Shown: positions 40,552-49,255 of the stretch, piece by piece | How positions within the stretch are numbered: position 1 is the stretch's first letter | Layout of the letters: each line of letters starts with the position of its first letter | Assembly: GCA_964573235.1 (NCBI GenBank) | Contig: CAZNIV010000003.1 | Coordinates: forward strand, 1,482-65,481 | Reading direction: 5' to 3' | DNA length: 64,000 nucleotides | Source of the DNA: an uncultured Gammaproteobacteria bacterium | GTDB taxonomy: Bacteria > Patescibacteriota > Patescibacteriia > 2-01-FULL-39-33 | The notes under the pieces: model-generated | The model's database searches: none | What the model was told of the DNA's origin: nothing | The model's input: only the letters and a program-made list of their open reading frames with translations | Position numbers and translations under genes: made by a program

Positions 40552-40707
40552 ATGTCTATAGAGTTTTTGGTGGTCAAAGTATTCTTTTTTGCTTTTATTT
40601 CTTTTGTAATTGCTATTTTGTGGACGCCATTATTAACTCATTTTTTGTATAAATATCGCTTGGGACAAAGTTATTCTAATCAACGCTTTATTGGCTTTGG
40701 TTTTTAA
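40552..40707 (+). pseudogene. duplicated 5' fragment of mraY (first 38 codons) fused to 13 out-of-frame codons
   Basis: MSIEFLVVKVFFFAFISFVIAILWTPLLTHFLYKYRLG is identical to the MraY N-terminus, followed by QSYSNQRFIGFGF*. Confidence 0.5.
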
Positions 40708-40984
40708 TGTAGCCCTATGGGTGTTATTTTTGTATTATTTTCATTCAGCTAGTGAATATATTGTGTTGAAGTATAATATCTATTTTGGCATCAGTGACTT
40801 AGGACTATGGTATTATGTGCTATTTTTGCCCTTAATAGGTTTGTTGGTTTTGTTGATAAATTATTTTGTGGCTTTGCTTATTTTTTTGCGCAATACTTAT
40901 TTGAGTTATTTATTATCTTTCAGTTCTAGTATTGTTAATTTATTGTTATTAATTGCTGGGTTGTTTTTAATTTATAAAAATTAA
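40691..40984 (+). pseudogene. N-terminally truncated duplicate of the small membrane protein gene
   Basis: Identical to residues 30-126 of the 40157 ORF. Only a TTG start is available. Confidence 0.45.
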
Positions 40985-40998
40985 TTAGTTATTATATT

Positions 40999-42108
40999 AT
41001 GTCTATAGAGTTTTTGGTGGTCAAAGTATTCTTTTTTGCTTTTATTTCTTTTGTAATTGCTATTTTGTGGACGCCATTATTAACTCATTTTTTGTATAAA
41101 TATCGCTTGGGTAAGCAAATTCGCGCCAGTGAAGATGCGCCAATCTTTGCGCAGTTACATCAAAAAAAATCTGGCACGCCGGTAATGGGTGGTATGTTGG
41201 TATGGGTAACCACCTTGGTATTGGCGTTACTTTTTTGGTTGTTAGGATTTTTATTTAATGGGATGTTTAGCGGTCTTAATTTTTTAAGTCGCGCCCAAAC
41301 CTGGTTACCGCTGGGAGCATTGGTTATTACGGCTTTGGTTGGTATGGTGGATGATTATTTAAATGTGCGTCGTATTGGGCCAAAGGGGGGCGGTTTTTCT
41401 ATGAAGCATCGTTTGATTTTATATACAATCATTGCCATTGTGGTGGCTTGTTGGTTTTACTTTAAGTTAGATTGGGATTTAGTGCGAGTGCCTTTTTTGG
41501 GAGATTTTAATATTGGTTGGTGGTATATTCCATTCGCAGTATTTGTAGTAGTGGCGACCGCCTTTTCGGTTAATGAAACAGATGGCTTAGATGGTTTGGC
41601 TGGTGGCACCTTAATGACTTCTTTTTTGGCGATTGGTGCCATTGCTTTTATCCAGCAGCGTTATGACTTGGCTACTTTTTGTGCTGTAATTGCTGGGTCT
41701 TTATTGGCATTTTTATGGTTTAATATTGCTCCGGCTCGTTTTTTTATGGGTGATACGGGCGCTATGTCTATGGGGGTGGTATTAGCCATTATCGCCCTGC
41801 TAACCAATTCTGTTTTATTGTTGCCAGTTATTGGTTTGGTTTTTGTCTTAGAATCAGTTTCGGTGTTAATCCAAATGATTTCTAAAAAGTTAAGAAAAGG
41901 AAAAAAGATTTTTTTATCTACTCCGATCCATCATCACTTCGAGGCCGTTGGTTGGCCAGAAACTAAAATAGTGATGCGTGCCTGGGTAATATCGATGGTA
42001 GTAGCGGTAGCTGGTTTAGCTTTGTTTTTAACAGATGTTAAAACTAATAAAGATAATCAATATACAACGCAATGCAAAATTTTAGATAATAAATTAGATC
42101 ATAAATAA
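40999..42108 (+). CDS. mraY: phospho-N-acetylmuramoyl-pentapeptide transferase MraY
   Basis: NETDGLDGLAGG and HHHFE motifs, with 10 TM helices. Confidence 0.9.
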   Translation: MSIEFLVVKVFFFAFISFVIAILWTPLLTHFLYKYRLGKQIRASEDAPIFAQLHQKKSGTPVMGGMLVWVTTLVLALLFWLLGFLFNGMFSGLNFLSRAQTWLPLGALVITALVGMVDDYLNVRRIGPKGGGFSMKHRLILYTIIAIVVACWFYFKLDWDLVRVPFLGDFNIGWWYIPFAVFVVVATAFSVNETDGLDGLAGGTLMTSFLAIGAIAFIQQRYDLATFCAVIAGSLLAFLWFNIAPARFFMGDTGAMSMGVVLAIIALLTNSVLLLPVIGLVFVLESVSVLIQMISKKLRKGKKIFLSTPIHHHFEAVGWPETKIVMRAWVISMVVAVAGLALFLTDVKTNKDNQYTTQCKILDNKLDHK

Positions 42109-42110
42109 TT

Positions 42111-42779
42111 ATGACTGAAACGAAAATAACAGTGGGCGGTCAAGTATTTGATCGTTTTCATGTTAAGACTCATGTAGTAATGTTTGGGGATAAAATTGAA
42201 GACGTAGTAGAAAAATATGCTAAGCCAATTTTGCAAGCAAATGATTGGTTGTTTATTAGTGAGAAAGTAGTAGCGGTTACCCAAGGTCGCGCTTATAAAA
42301 TTGTAGATATTAAAGTTTCATTTTTAGCTAATTTTTTAGTGAAGTTTGTTTATAAGTCACCGTATGGTATTGGCTTAGGCCGACCGCAAACAATGCAATT
42401 AGCTATTAACGAAGCGGGGGCTTGGCGTATTTTGTTAGGCGCTTTAGTTTCGGCTATTACTAAACCGTTTGGGGTTCGCGGTATTTTTTATAAAGTAGTG
42501 GGCAAGGGAATTAATGCGATTGATGGCCCATGTGACTATACTCTGCCGCCTTATAATCAATATGCTGTTCTTGGCCCTAAAGACCCGGATAAGGTAGCTG
42601 CTATGCTGGCGGAGAAAAATAATTGCGAAGTGGTGATTGTGGATGCTAATGATTTAGGAGTGGCCATTTTAGGTGCCAGCAAAAATGTTGATCGGAAGTT
42701 AGCAGCGGAAATTTTTCGGGATAATCCATTAGGGCAAACAAATGAACAAACCCCACTTTGTGTAGTGAGAAAAATTTAA
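42111..42779 (+). CDS. CofE-like (F420-0:gamma-glutamyl ligase family) protein
   Basis: VVAVTQGRA and G-rich nucleotide-loop regions are similar to CofE. 222 aa. Confidence 0.55.
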   Translation: MTETKITVGGQVFDRFHVKTHVVMFGDKIEDVVEKYAKPILQANDWLFISEKVVAVTQGRAYKIVDIKVSFLANFLVKFVYKSPYGIGLGRPQTMQLAINEAGAWRILLGALVSAITKPFGVRGIFYKVVGKGINAIDGPCDYTLPPYNQYAVLGPKDPDKVAAMLAEKNNCEVVIVDANDLGVAILGASKNVDRKLAAEIFRDNPLGQTNEQTPLCVVRKI

Positions 42780-42780
42780 T

Positions 42781-44181
42781 ATGGATTTTAAAAATAAAAA
42801 AATAGTGGTTATGGGCTTGGGTCTTTATGCGGATGGCTCAGGTATTTCGGCCACTAAATATTTATTAGCCCAAGGTGCTAATATAGTAGTGACTGATTTA
42901 AAAACGGCTGAACAACTTAAATCGCAATTAGAGCGCTTAGGGGATTTAGTTAATCAGGTAGAATTGGTTTTGGGTCAGCATCGGGAGAGTGATTTTTTGG
43001 ACGCTGATTATATTATTCGTAATCCGGGCGTGCCAAAATCGTCTAGATTTTTGCAGATCGCTAGAGAACATAATATTCCGATTGAATCTGATATTTCTTT
43101 ATCATTTAAGCTTATAAATAAAGATCGTTTGTTGGCGGTAACAGGAACTCGTGGCAAGAGTACAACTACTAGCTTGCTTTATGAGATTATTAAAGCTAAT
43201 GATAAGCGAGCAGTTTTGGGGGGTAATATTACTAAATCGCCGTTAGCCCAAATGTCTGCTGTAAAAAAGGGTGGTCCGGTGGTTTTGGAGTTATCTTCTT
43301 TTTTATTAGAAACTTTGGAGCCGTTTAAAGTGTCTCCGCATGTGGCTGTGTTTACTAATATTTACCCAGATCATTTAAATGCTTATAATAATATTGCTGA
43401 ATATGTGGCAGCTAAAGAAAATATTTGGCGGTGGCAAGAAAAAGATGATTTTGTAATTTTAAATCGTGATAATTCGATTACTAAAGCCATGGGAAAGAGG
43501 GTGGTTAGTCAGCGCTTGTGGTTTTCTCTAAAGTCATTTACTCAAGAGAATGGTGTTTTTGTAAAAAAAGGTAAAATTGTGGCGCGTTTGAACGGGGAGG
43601 AAAAAAATATTTTGGCTGTTAAGCAATTAAAAATGATTGGTGAACATAATGTGGCCAATGCTTGCGCGGCGACGGCAGCCGCCTTGGTTTATGCCGTTCC
43701 TTTGGCAGTTATTAAGGTAGTGTTAAAAAATTTTAAGGGCATTGCTGATCGCTTAGAGTTACTGAAAGAAGTTAGGGGTGTAAAATATTATAACGATACC
43801 ACTTCGACTACACCAGAAGCGGGATTAGTGGCGCTGGATGCTTTTAAAAAATACAAAAAGAAAATCGTGATGATTGCTGGCGGTTCTGATAAGGGGTTAA
43901 ATTTTTCTGAAATTGTTAAAAAAATGAAAAGCCATTGTGAGGCCTTGGTGCTTTTAAATGGCACAGGTACGGTTAGATTATTAGAGACTATTAAACAATC
44001 TAAATTGCGTTGCCCTGTGCTTGTGGTTGATTCTATGTTAGAGGCGGTTAATCAGGCCAGTGGTTTAGTTAAAAAAGGTGGTATTGTTTTATTATCCCCT
44101 TGTTGTGCTAGCTTTGGCATGTTTTCCAATGAGTTTGATCGAGGGGAAAAATATCGCTCAGCGGTGAAAAAAATTAAATGA
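42781..44181 (+). CDS. murD: UDP-N-acetylmuramoylalanine--D-glutamate ligase MurD
   Basis: Mur-ligase P-loop GTRGKSTTTS. Position after mraY supports the call. Confidence 0.85.
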   Translation: MDFKNKKIVVMGLGLYADGSGISATKYLLAQGANIVVTDLKTAEQLKSQLERLGDLVNQVELVLGQHRESDFLDADYIIRNPGVPKSSRFLQIAREHNIPIESDISLSFKLINKDRLLAVTGTRGKSTTTSLLYEIIKANDKRAVLGGNITKSPLAQMSAVKKGGPVVLELSSFLLETLEPFKVSPHVAVFTNIYPDHLNAYNNIAEYVAAKENIWRWQEKDDFVILNRDNSITKAMGKRVVSQRLWFSLKSFTQENGVFVKKGKIVARLNGEEKNILAVKQLKMIGEHNVANACAATAAALVYAVPLAVIKVVLKNFKGIADRLELLKEVRGVKYYNDTTSTTPEAGLVALDAFKKYKKKIVMIAGGSDKGLNFSEIVKKMKSHCEALVLLNGTGTVRLLETIKQSKLRCPVLVVDSMLEAVNQASGLVKKGGIVLLSPCCASFGMFSNEFDRGEKYRSAVKKIK

Positions 44182-45332
44182 AAGAAAATAAAATTAAAAA
44201 TTGGTTAAGGAGTTTTTTTTATAAATCAAATGGGCAACAGGCCGATTGGTATCTTATTGGCTTGGTAACCTTTTTGTTATTTTTTGGTTTGGCTATTTTG
44301 TCATCCGCTTCATCGGTAGAAAGTTATCGAGTGTATGGTGATACTTATTGGCATTTGCGCCACCAGTTAATATATGGAGTGCTACCAGGTGTATTGTTTT
44401 TTGTTTTTTTTGCCTTTTTTGATTATCAAAAGCTGCGTAAATGGGCTTTTCCAATATTTTTATTAGCCATTTTTTTATTAGTACTGGTTTTTATTCCTGG
44501 GTTTGGTAGTACTAACAATACTTTTGCCAAAAGTTGGATTCATCTTTTTGGTTTTTCTTTTCAGCCAGCAGAGGTTGCTAAGCTATCATTTATTCTTTAT
44601 TTATCATCTTGGTTAGCATCGCGTGATAGTGATGTGATTAAAGATGCGAAGCAGGGATTTTTTCCATTCCTTTTTTCTTTGGGCGTTATTGGTGTATTAA
44701 TGATTATGCAACCAGATTGGGGCACTTTATTAATTATTGTGTCGATTGCGATAGCTATTTTTTTTGTGGCCGGTGGTAGTTTAAAGCATATTTTTTGGTT
44801 GATTATTTGTGGAATTGGGGTTTTTTCTTTATTAGTATCTAAATCGGCCACTACCTTAAAACGCTTGACTACTTTTTTACATCCAGAGCTGGATCCTAAG
44901 GGTATGGGGTATCAGATTAATCAAGCATTGTTGGCGGTTGGCTCTGGTGGTTGGTTGGGTCGCGGATTTGGTCATTCGCGCCAAAAGTTTTCTTATTTGC
45001 CAGAGGTTTATGGTGATTCGGTTTACGCTATTGCGGCGGAGGAATTAGGTTTTGCATTTTCGGTATTGATTGTGTTGGTATTTTTATTATTGTTTTTTAG
45101 AGGATTGAAGATTGCTAATAATTGTGAGGATAAGTTTGGTAAATATGTAGCAGTTGGTATAGCGACTTGGTTGATTACTCAGGCGTTTTTAAATATCGGG
45201 GCCATTATTGGTATTTTTCCTTTGACCGGCGTGCCGTTGCCATTTATTTCTTATGGTGGCACATCGCTGGCGGTGGCTTTGGCGGCTTGTGGTATTTTAG
45301 TTAATATTTCTCGCCAAACAAATCGCTACTAA
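44178..45332 (+). CDS. ftsW: SEDS-family peptidoglycan glycosyltransferase FtsW
   Basis: 10-TM SEDS signature regions. Its position in the dcw cluster supports the call. Confidence 0.85.
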   Translation: MKENKIKNWLRSFFYKSNGQQADWYLIGLVTFLLFFGLAILSSASSVESYRVYGDTYWHLRHQLIYGVLPGVLFFVFFAFFDYQKLRKWAFPIFLLAIFLLVLVFIPGFGSTNNTFAKSWIHLFGFSFQPAEVAKLSFILYLSSWLASRDSDVIKDAKQGFFPFLFSLGVIGVLMIMQPDWGTLLIIVSIAIAIFFVAGGSLKHIFWLIICGIGVFSLLVSKSATTLKRLTTFLHPELDPKGMGYQINQALLAVGSGGWLGRGFGHSRQKFSYLPEVYGDSVYAIAAEELGFAFSVLIVLVFLLLFFRGLKIANNCEDKFGKYVAVGIATWLITQAFLNIGAIIGIFPLTGVPLPFISYGGTSLAVALAACGILVNISRQTNRY

Positions 45333-45384
45333 TTGCCAAGATGGTCGGCTTTTGGTATTTTAAGTAGTAGAAAGGAATTAAATT

Positions 45385-46485
45385 ATGAACAATCAAACTG
45401 TAAGAGTTAGTGAAAAAATTATTAATCAAGGGCGTATTTTGTTTGCTGGAGGTGGTACTATGGGTTCCGTTAGTCCATTAATTGCCGTTCAGGAATACAT
45501 TAAAAAACAATTTCCTAATATTAAGTTTTTGTTTGTTGGCACTTATAGTGGTCCAGAAAAACAAGCTGTAGAAAGTTATAAGATTGTTTTTAAGGCTATT
45601 GCTTCTGGAAGATTGCGTCGTTATTTTTCTTGGCGTAATATTACCGATCCGTTTTTGGTAATTTGGGGATTTTTGCAGAGCTTGGTTATTCTTATTAAAT
45701 TTAAACCGAGCGTTGTAATGATTGCAGGTGCTTTTGTAGGGGTGCCCGTGGCTTGGGCGGCCTGGCTATTGGGTATTCCGGTAGTGATTCATCAACAAGA
45801 TATTTTACCGGGCTTGGCTAATAAGTTAATGCAAAGAGTGGCTAAAAGAATTACTGTTTCGTTCGATATTTCACTTAATGATTATTTGCAATCAAAAGTA
45901 GTATTAACCGGTAATCCGGTTAGAGAAGAATTTTTGTCTTGCGATTTACAGCATAGTCGCGATTTTTTTAATTTAAAAAGTGATTTACCAGTATTGTTAG
46001 TATTGGGCGGTGGAACCGGTGCGCAAATTATTAATGAATCAATAGTTAAGGCTTTAGCGGAGTTGTTGCAATTTTGTCAGGTGATTCATATTACGGGTAA
46101 GGGCAAGGCGATAAGAGTAGAAGCAGAAAATTATCATCAGTTTGAGTTCTTGTCTCATGAAATGCCAGATGCGCTTTGCGCGGCAGATGTAGTAGTAAGC
46201 AGGGCTGGTCTTTCTACTTTAACAGAATTAATTGCTATGGCTAAGCCGACTATTTTAGTACCTATTCCGGGGCATCAAGAAGATAACGCTTTATTTTTTC
46301 AAAAAAACAATGCAGTAACTTCTATTTCTCAAGACGCATTTAATTCGGAATTAATCATTTCTTTGGTTAAAGATATTATGTTTGATAAGGCCCGTAAAGA
46401 TAATTTGTCTCGTAATATTTCTAAGATGATGGAAGTTGGTGGGGCAGAAAAAGTAGCAGCCATCTTGTTGTCAGTAGCTAAATAA
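45385..46485 (+). CDS. murG: undecaprenyldiphospho-muramoylpentapeptide beta-N-acetylglucosaminyltransferase MurG
   Basis: GT28 N- and C-domains with a GGGTG loop. Confidence 0.85.
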   Translation: MNNQTVRVSEKIINQGRILFAGGGTMGSVSPLIAVQEYIKKQFPNIKFLFVGTYSGPEKQAVESYKIVFKAIASGRLRRYFSWRNITDPFLVIWGFLQSLVILIKFKPSVVMIAGAFVGVPVAWAAWLLGIPVVIHQQDILPGLANKLMQRVAKRITVSFDISLNDYLQSKVVLTGNPVREEFLSCDLQHSRDFFNLKSDLPVLLVLGGGTGAQIINESIVKALAELLQFCQVIHITGKGKAIRVEAENYHQFEFLSHEMPDALCAADVVVSRAGLSTLTELIAMAKPTILVPIPGHQEDNALFFQKNNAVTSISQDAFNSELIISLVKDIMFDKARKDNLSRNISKMMEVGGAEKVAAILLSVAK

Positions 46486-46487
46486 AT

Positions 46488-47861
46488 ATGGAATTAAAAG
46501 AGTTTAAAAAAGTATTTTTTACAGGCATTGGCGGTGTGGGAATATCGGCAACTGCGAGGATTTTAAATTTTCAGGGAATCAAAGTCTCTGGTTCTGAAGT
46601 AACTACTAGTGAGTTAACGGAACAGCTGATAAGAGAAGGAGTTAGCGTGGTGATCCCCCAAAAGGCGGAGAATGTGCCTATTGATGCAGGTCTATTGGTT
46701 TATAGTGTAGCTGTGCCAGAAGATAATCCAGAGCGTCAAGTGGCGAAAAAATATGGCATCAAAGAAATAACTTATCCTCAGTTATTGGGATTATTAATGA
46801 AGGATCAGTATGGCATAGGTGTTTCTGGTACTAATGGTAAAACCACCACGACCGCTCTGTTGAGTTTATTGTTTTTGGAAGCGGAAAAAGATCCGACCGT
46901 GGTTTTGGGTGGCAAGACAGATTATTTAGGGGGGAATTCACGAGTGGGCAGTAGTCAATATTTTATTTTTGAAAGCGATGAGTACCGTCGCGCATTTGTT
47001 AATTATTTTCCTAAAATGGCAGTGGTGACTTATGTGACTGAGGATCACCTGGATTATTATAAAGATATTAACGATATTAAAGCGGCTTTTAGGGATTATT
47101 TGGTCAAAGTACCGGCCGATGGTTTTATTTTTGCTAACGCTGATGATGCTAATTCTTTAGAGGTGGCTGGCGGTGCGCAGGCGCGAAAAATTACTTTTGG
47201 CATGGATAATCAAGCGGATATTATGGCAAAAAATATTCGCGTGGCTAATGGTCAGCAAATTTTTGATTTAAGTTTTATGGATAAAAAACTGGGGGAAATG
47301 CAATTGCATTTGCCAGCCAAATATAATATTTATAATGTATTAGCGGCTGTTGGCCCAGCGCTCATGGTTGGTTTGGATTTTAAAGTAATTCAAAAGGCGG
47401 TGGCTAAGTTTAAGGGTAGTTGGCGTCGTTTTGAAAAGATCGGCCAATTTATGGGTATTGATGTAATTTCGGATTACGCTCATACACCCGATGCGGTGGA
47501 GAAAACGATTTTAGCAGCGCAGGAATTTTATCCGGGTAAAAAAGTATTAACCATCTTTCAGCCCCATCAGTATAATCGGACGAAGAATTTTTTTGAGCAA
47601 TTTGCGTTGGCATTTAAGGGCGCTGATCAGGCTTTTGTGATGGATATTTTTTTTGTGAAAGGCCGAGAAAATCCGGCGGATTTTGATGTGAGTAGTGAAA
47701 AATTGGCAGTTGAGGCAGTTAAGTTAGGCGGTAGGGTAGCTTATTTGAATAAATTAAATAAAGAGACCCTAAGTCAATTATTAAAGGCAGATAATTACGG
47801 TTTAATCTTAACTATGGGTGCGGGTGATATTTATAATTATGCCAAAGAATTAGTGAAGTAA
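46488..47861 (+). CDS. murC: UDP-N-acetylmuramate--L-alanine ligase MurC
   Basis: GVSGTNGKTTTT P-loop. Full-length Mur ligase. Confidence 0.9.
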   Translation: MELKEFKKVFFTGIGGVGISATARILNFQGIKVSGSEVTTSELTEQLIREGVSVVIPQKAENVPIDAGLLVYSVAVPEDNPERQVAKKYGIKEITYPQLLGLLMKDQYGIGVSGTNGKTTTTALLSLLFLEAEKDPTVVLGGKTDYLGGNSRVGSSQYFIFESDEYRRAFVNYFPKMAVVTYVTEDHLDYYKDINDIKAAFRDYLVKVPADGFIFANADDANSLEVAGGAQARKITFGMDNQADIMAKNIRVANGQQIFDLSFMDKKLGEMQLHLPAKYNIYNVLAAVGPALMVGLDFKVIQKAVAKFKGSWRRFEKIGQFMGIDVISDYAHTPDAVEKTILAAQEFYPGKKVLTIFQPHQYNRTKNFFEQFALAFKGADQAFVMDIFFVKGRENPADFDVSSEKLAVEAVKLGGRVAYLNKLNKETLSQLLKADNYGLILTMGAGDIYNYAKELVK

Positions 47862-47862
47862 T

Positions 47863-48825
47863 ATGAAATCAATAACAGAATTGGCAAAAATAGCCGGTGC
47901 AGAAGTTAAAGAAAAAGAGCCATTGGCCAAATGGACGACTTTTAAAATTGGTGGACCGGCAAAATATTTTGTAGTGATTAGGAGTATAGAAAAATTAGGG
48001 GCAGTTTTGAATTTTTGTCGCGAGAAAAAAATGCCTTATATTATTTTAGGTGGTGGCAGTAATCTGTTGATTGGTGAAAAAGGTTTTGCTGGATTGGCGA
48101 TAAGACTAATGGCAGATAATTTTTTAGTAACAGAAAATAAAATAACAGTGGATGCCGGGATGAGTTTGACGCGCTTGGTTGGTTTAACTGCCCAGTGTAG
48201 CTTAAGTGGTTTAGAGTGGGCGGCTGGTATTCCAGGAACAGTAGGCGGAGCGGTTCATGGCAATGCCGGAGCTTATGGAGGTAGTATGAGTCAATGCGTT
48301 AATGCGGTAACTATTTGGCGTGATGGTAAAATTGTTAAGCTAAACAAAGAGGATTGCCATTTTATTTATCGCGGTAGTATTTTTAAAGCTACTCACAATA
48401 AGGATGTGATTTTAAGTGCCGAGTTAGTTTTAAATTTGGGTGAGGAAAAGACGATTCGTGCCAAGATGATGGAAATTATTAACAAGCGTCGAGCAAAGTT
48501 TGTTAACATTAATTCGGCGGGATCTACTTTTAAAAATATTGAAATGACAGAGGCGGAAATTTTAGAGTTTAAGAAAAAATATCCTGATTTGCCAGATGAA
48601 TTTGTAAAATATAGAAAAATCCCGGCTGCTTGGTTAATCGATCAATGTGACTTGCGAGGCAAGACTATTGGTGGGGCGCAGGTTTATGAAAATCATGCTG
48701 GAATAGTAATAAACATTGGCCAAGCAACGGCTGAGAGTGTTATAATGTTAATAAGTGTCATTAAGCAAAAAGTAAGAATGGAATTCGGCTTGCAATTGCA
48801 TGAAGAAATAGAGTATATTGGATAA
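47863..48825 (+). CDS. murB: UDP-N-acetylenolpyruvoylglucosamine reductase MurB
   Basis: FAD-binding PCMH domain (GGGSN) plus a MurB C-terminal region. Confidence 0.85.
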   Translation: MKSITELAKIAGAEVKEKEPLAKWTTFKIGGPAKYFVVIRSIEKLGAVLNFCREKKMPYIILGGGSNLLIGEKGFAGLAIRLMADNFLVTENKITVDAGMSLTRLVGLTAQCSLSGLEWAAGIPGTVGGAVHGNAGAYGGSMSQCVNAVTIWRDGKIVKLNKEDCHFIYRGSIFKATHNKDVILSAELVLNLGEEKTIRAKMMEIINKRRAKFVNINSAGSTFKNIEMTEAEILEFKKKYPDLPDEFVKYRKIPAAWLIDQCDLRGKTIGGAQVYENHAGIVINIGQATAESVIMLISVIKQKVRMEFGLQLHEEIEYIG

Positions 48826-48861
48826 GGCGGAAGCCATACTAATTAATAACTAAAAAACAGT

Positions 48862-49170
48862 ATGGAAATCATTATTAAAGCAAAAAATGCTCAATTGACC
48901 CCAGAGGGTCATAAGCTAGTAGAAGAAAAAATCGGTTCTCTAGATAAATATTTTGATGGTATTATTAAGGCTCATGTAGAGGTTGGTATTAACTCGATGC
49001 ATCATCAGAAAGGTAATATTTATATAGCTGAAGTAGAGCTTCATGTGCCTGGTAAACAGTTGATGGCCACCGCTGAAACCGAAGATGTTCAGACCTCAAT
49101 CGACAAGGTCAAAGACATTTTGAAGCGAGAATTGATTAAGTATAAAGAAATGTTACAGTCACACAAATAA
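48862..49170 (+). CDS. hpf: ribosome hibernation-promoting factor (RaiA/HPF short form)
   Basis: MEIIIKAKN...LTP...KIGSLDKYF is an S30AE-family sequence. Confidence 0.85.
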   Translation: MEIIIKAKNAQLTPEGHKLVEEKIGSLDKYFDGIIKAHVEVGINSMHHQKGNIYIAEVELHVPGKQLMATAETEDVQTSIDKVKDILKRELIKYKEMLQSHK

Positions 49171-49173
49171 TCT

Positions 49174-49196
49174 AAGCGGCCTTCGGGCCGCTTTTA
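49174..49196 (+). terminator. terminator after hpf
   Basis: AAGCGGCC-ttcg-GGCCGCTT followed by TTT. Confidence 0.5.
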
Positions 49197-49199
49197 TAG

Positions 49200-49228
49200 T
49201 TGATAATTTTTGCTTATTTTGCTAAGAT
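49200..49228 (+). promoter_or_regulatory. putative secA promoter
   Basis: TTGATA, 17-nt spacer, TAAGAT. About 28 nt upstream of the secA ATG. Confidence 0.35.
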
Positions 49229-49255
49229 ATCTTCATTATTATTGATAAATGTAAT

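Larger units (their letters stand above)
40218..41111 (+). repeat. perfect tandem direct duplication, 2 x 447 bp
   Basis: Copy 1 (~40218-40664) and copy 2 (~40665-41111) are identical at every position I compared. Junction is ...cgcttggg|acaaagtt... Confidence 0.85.
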
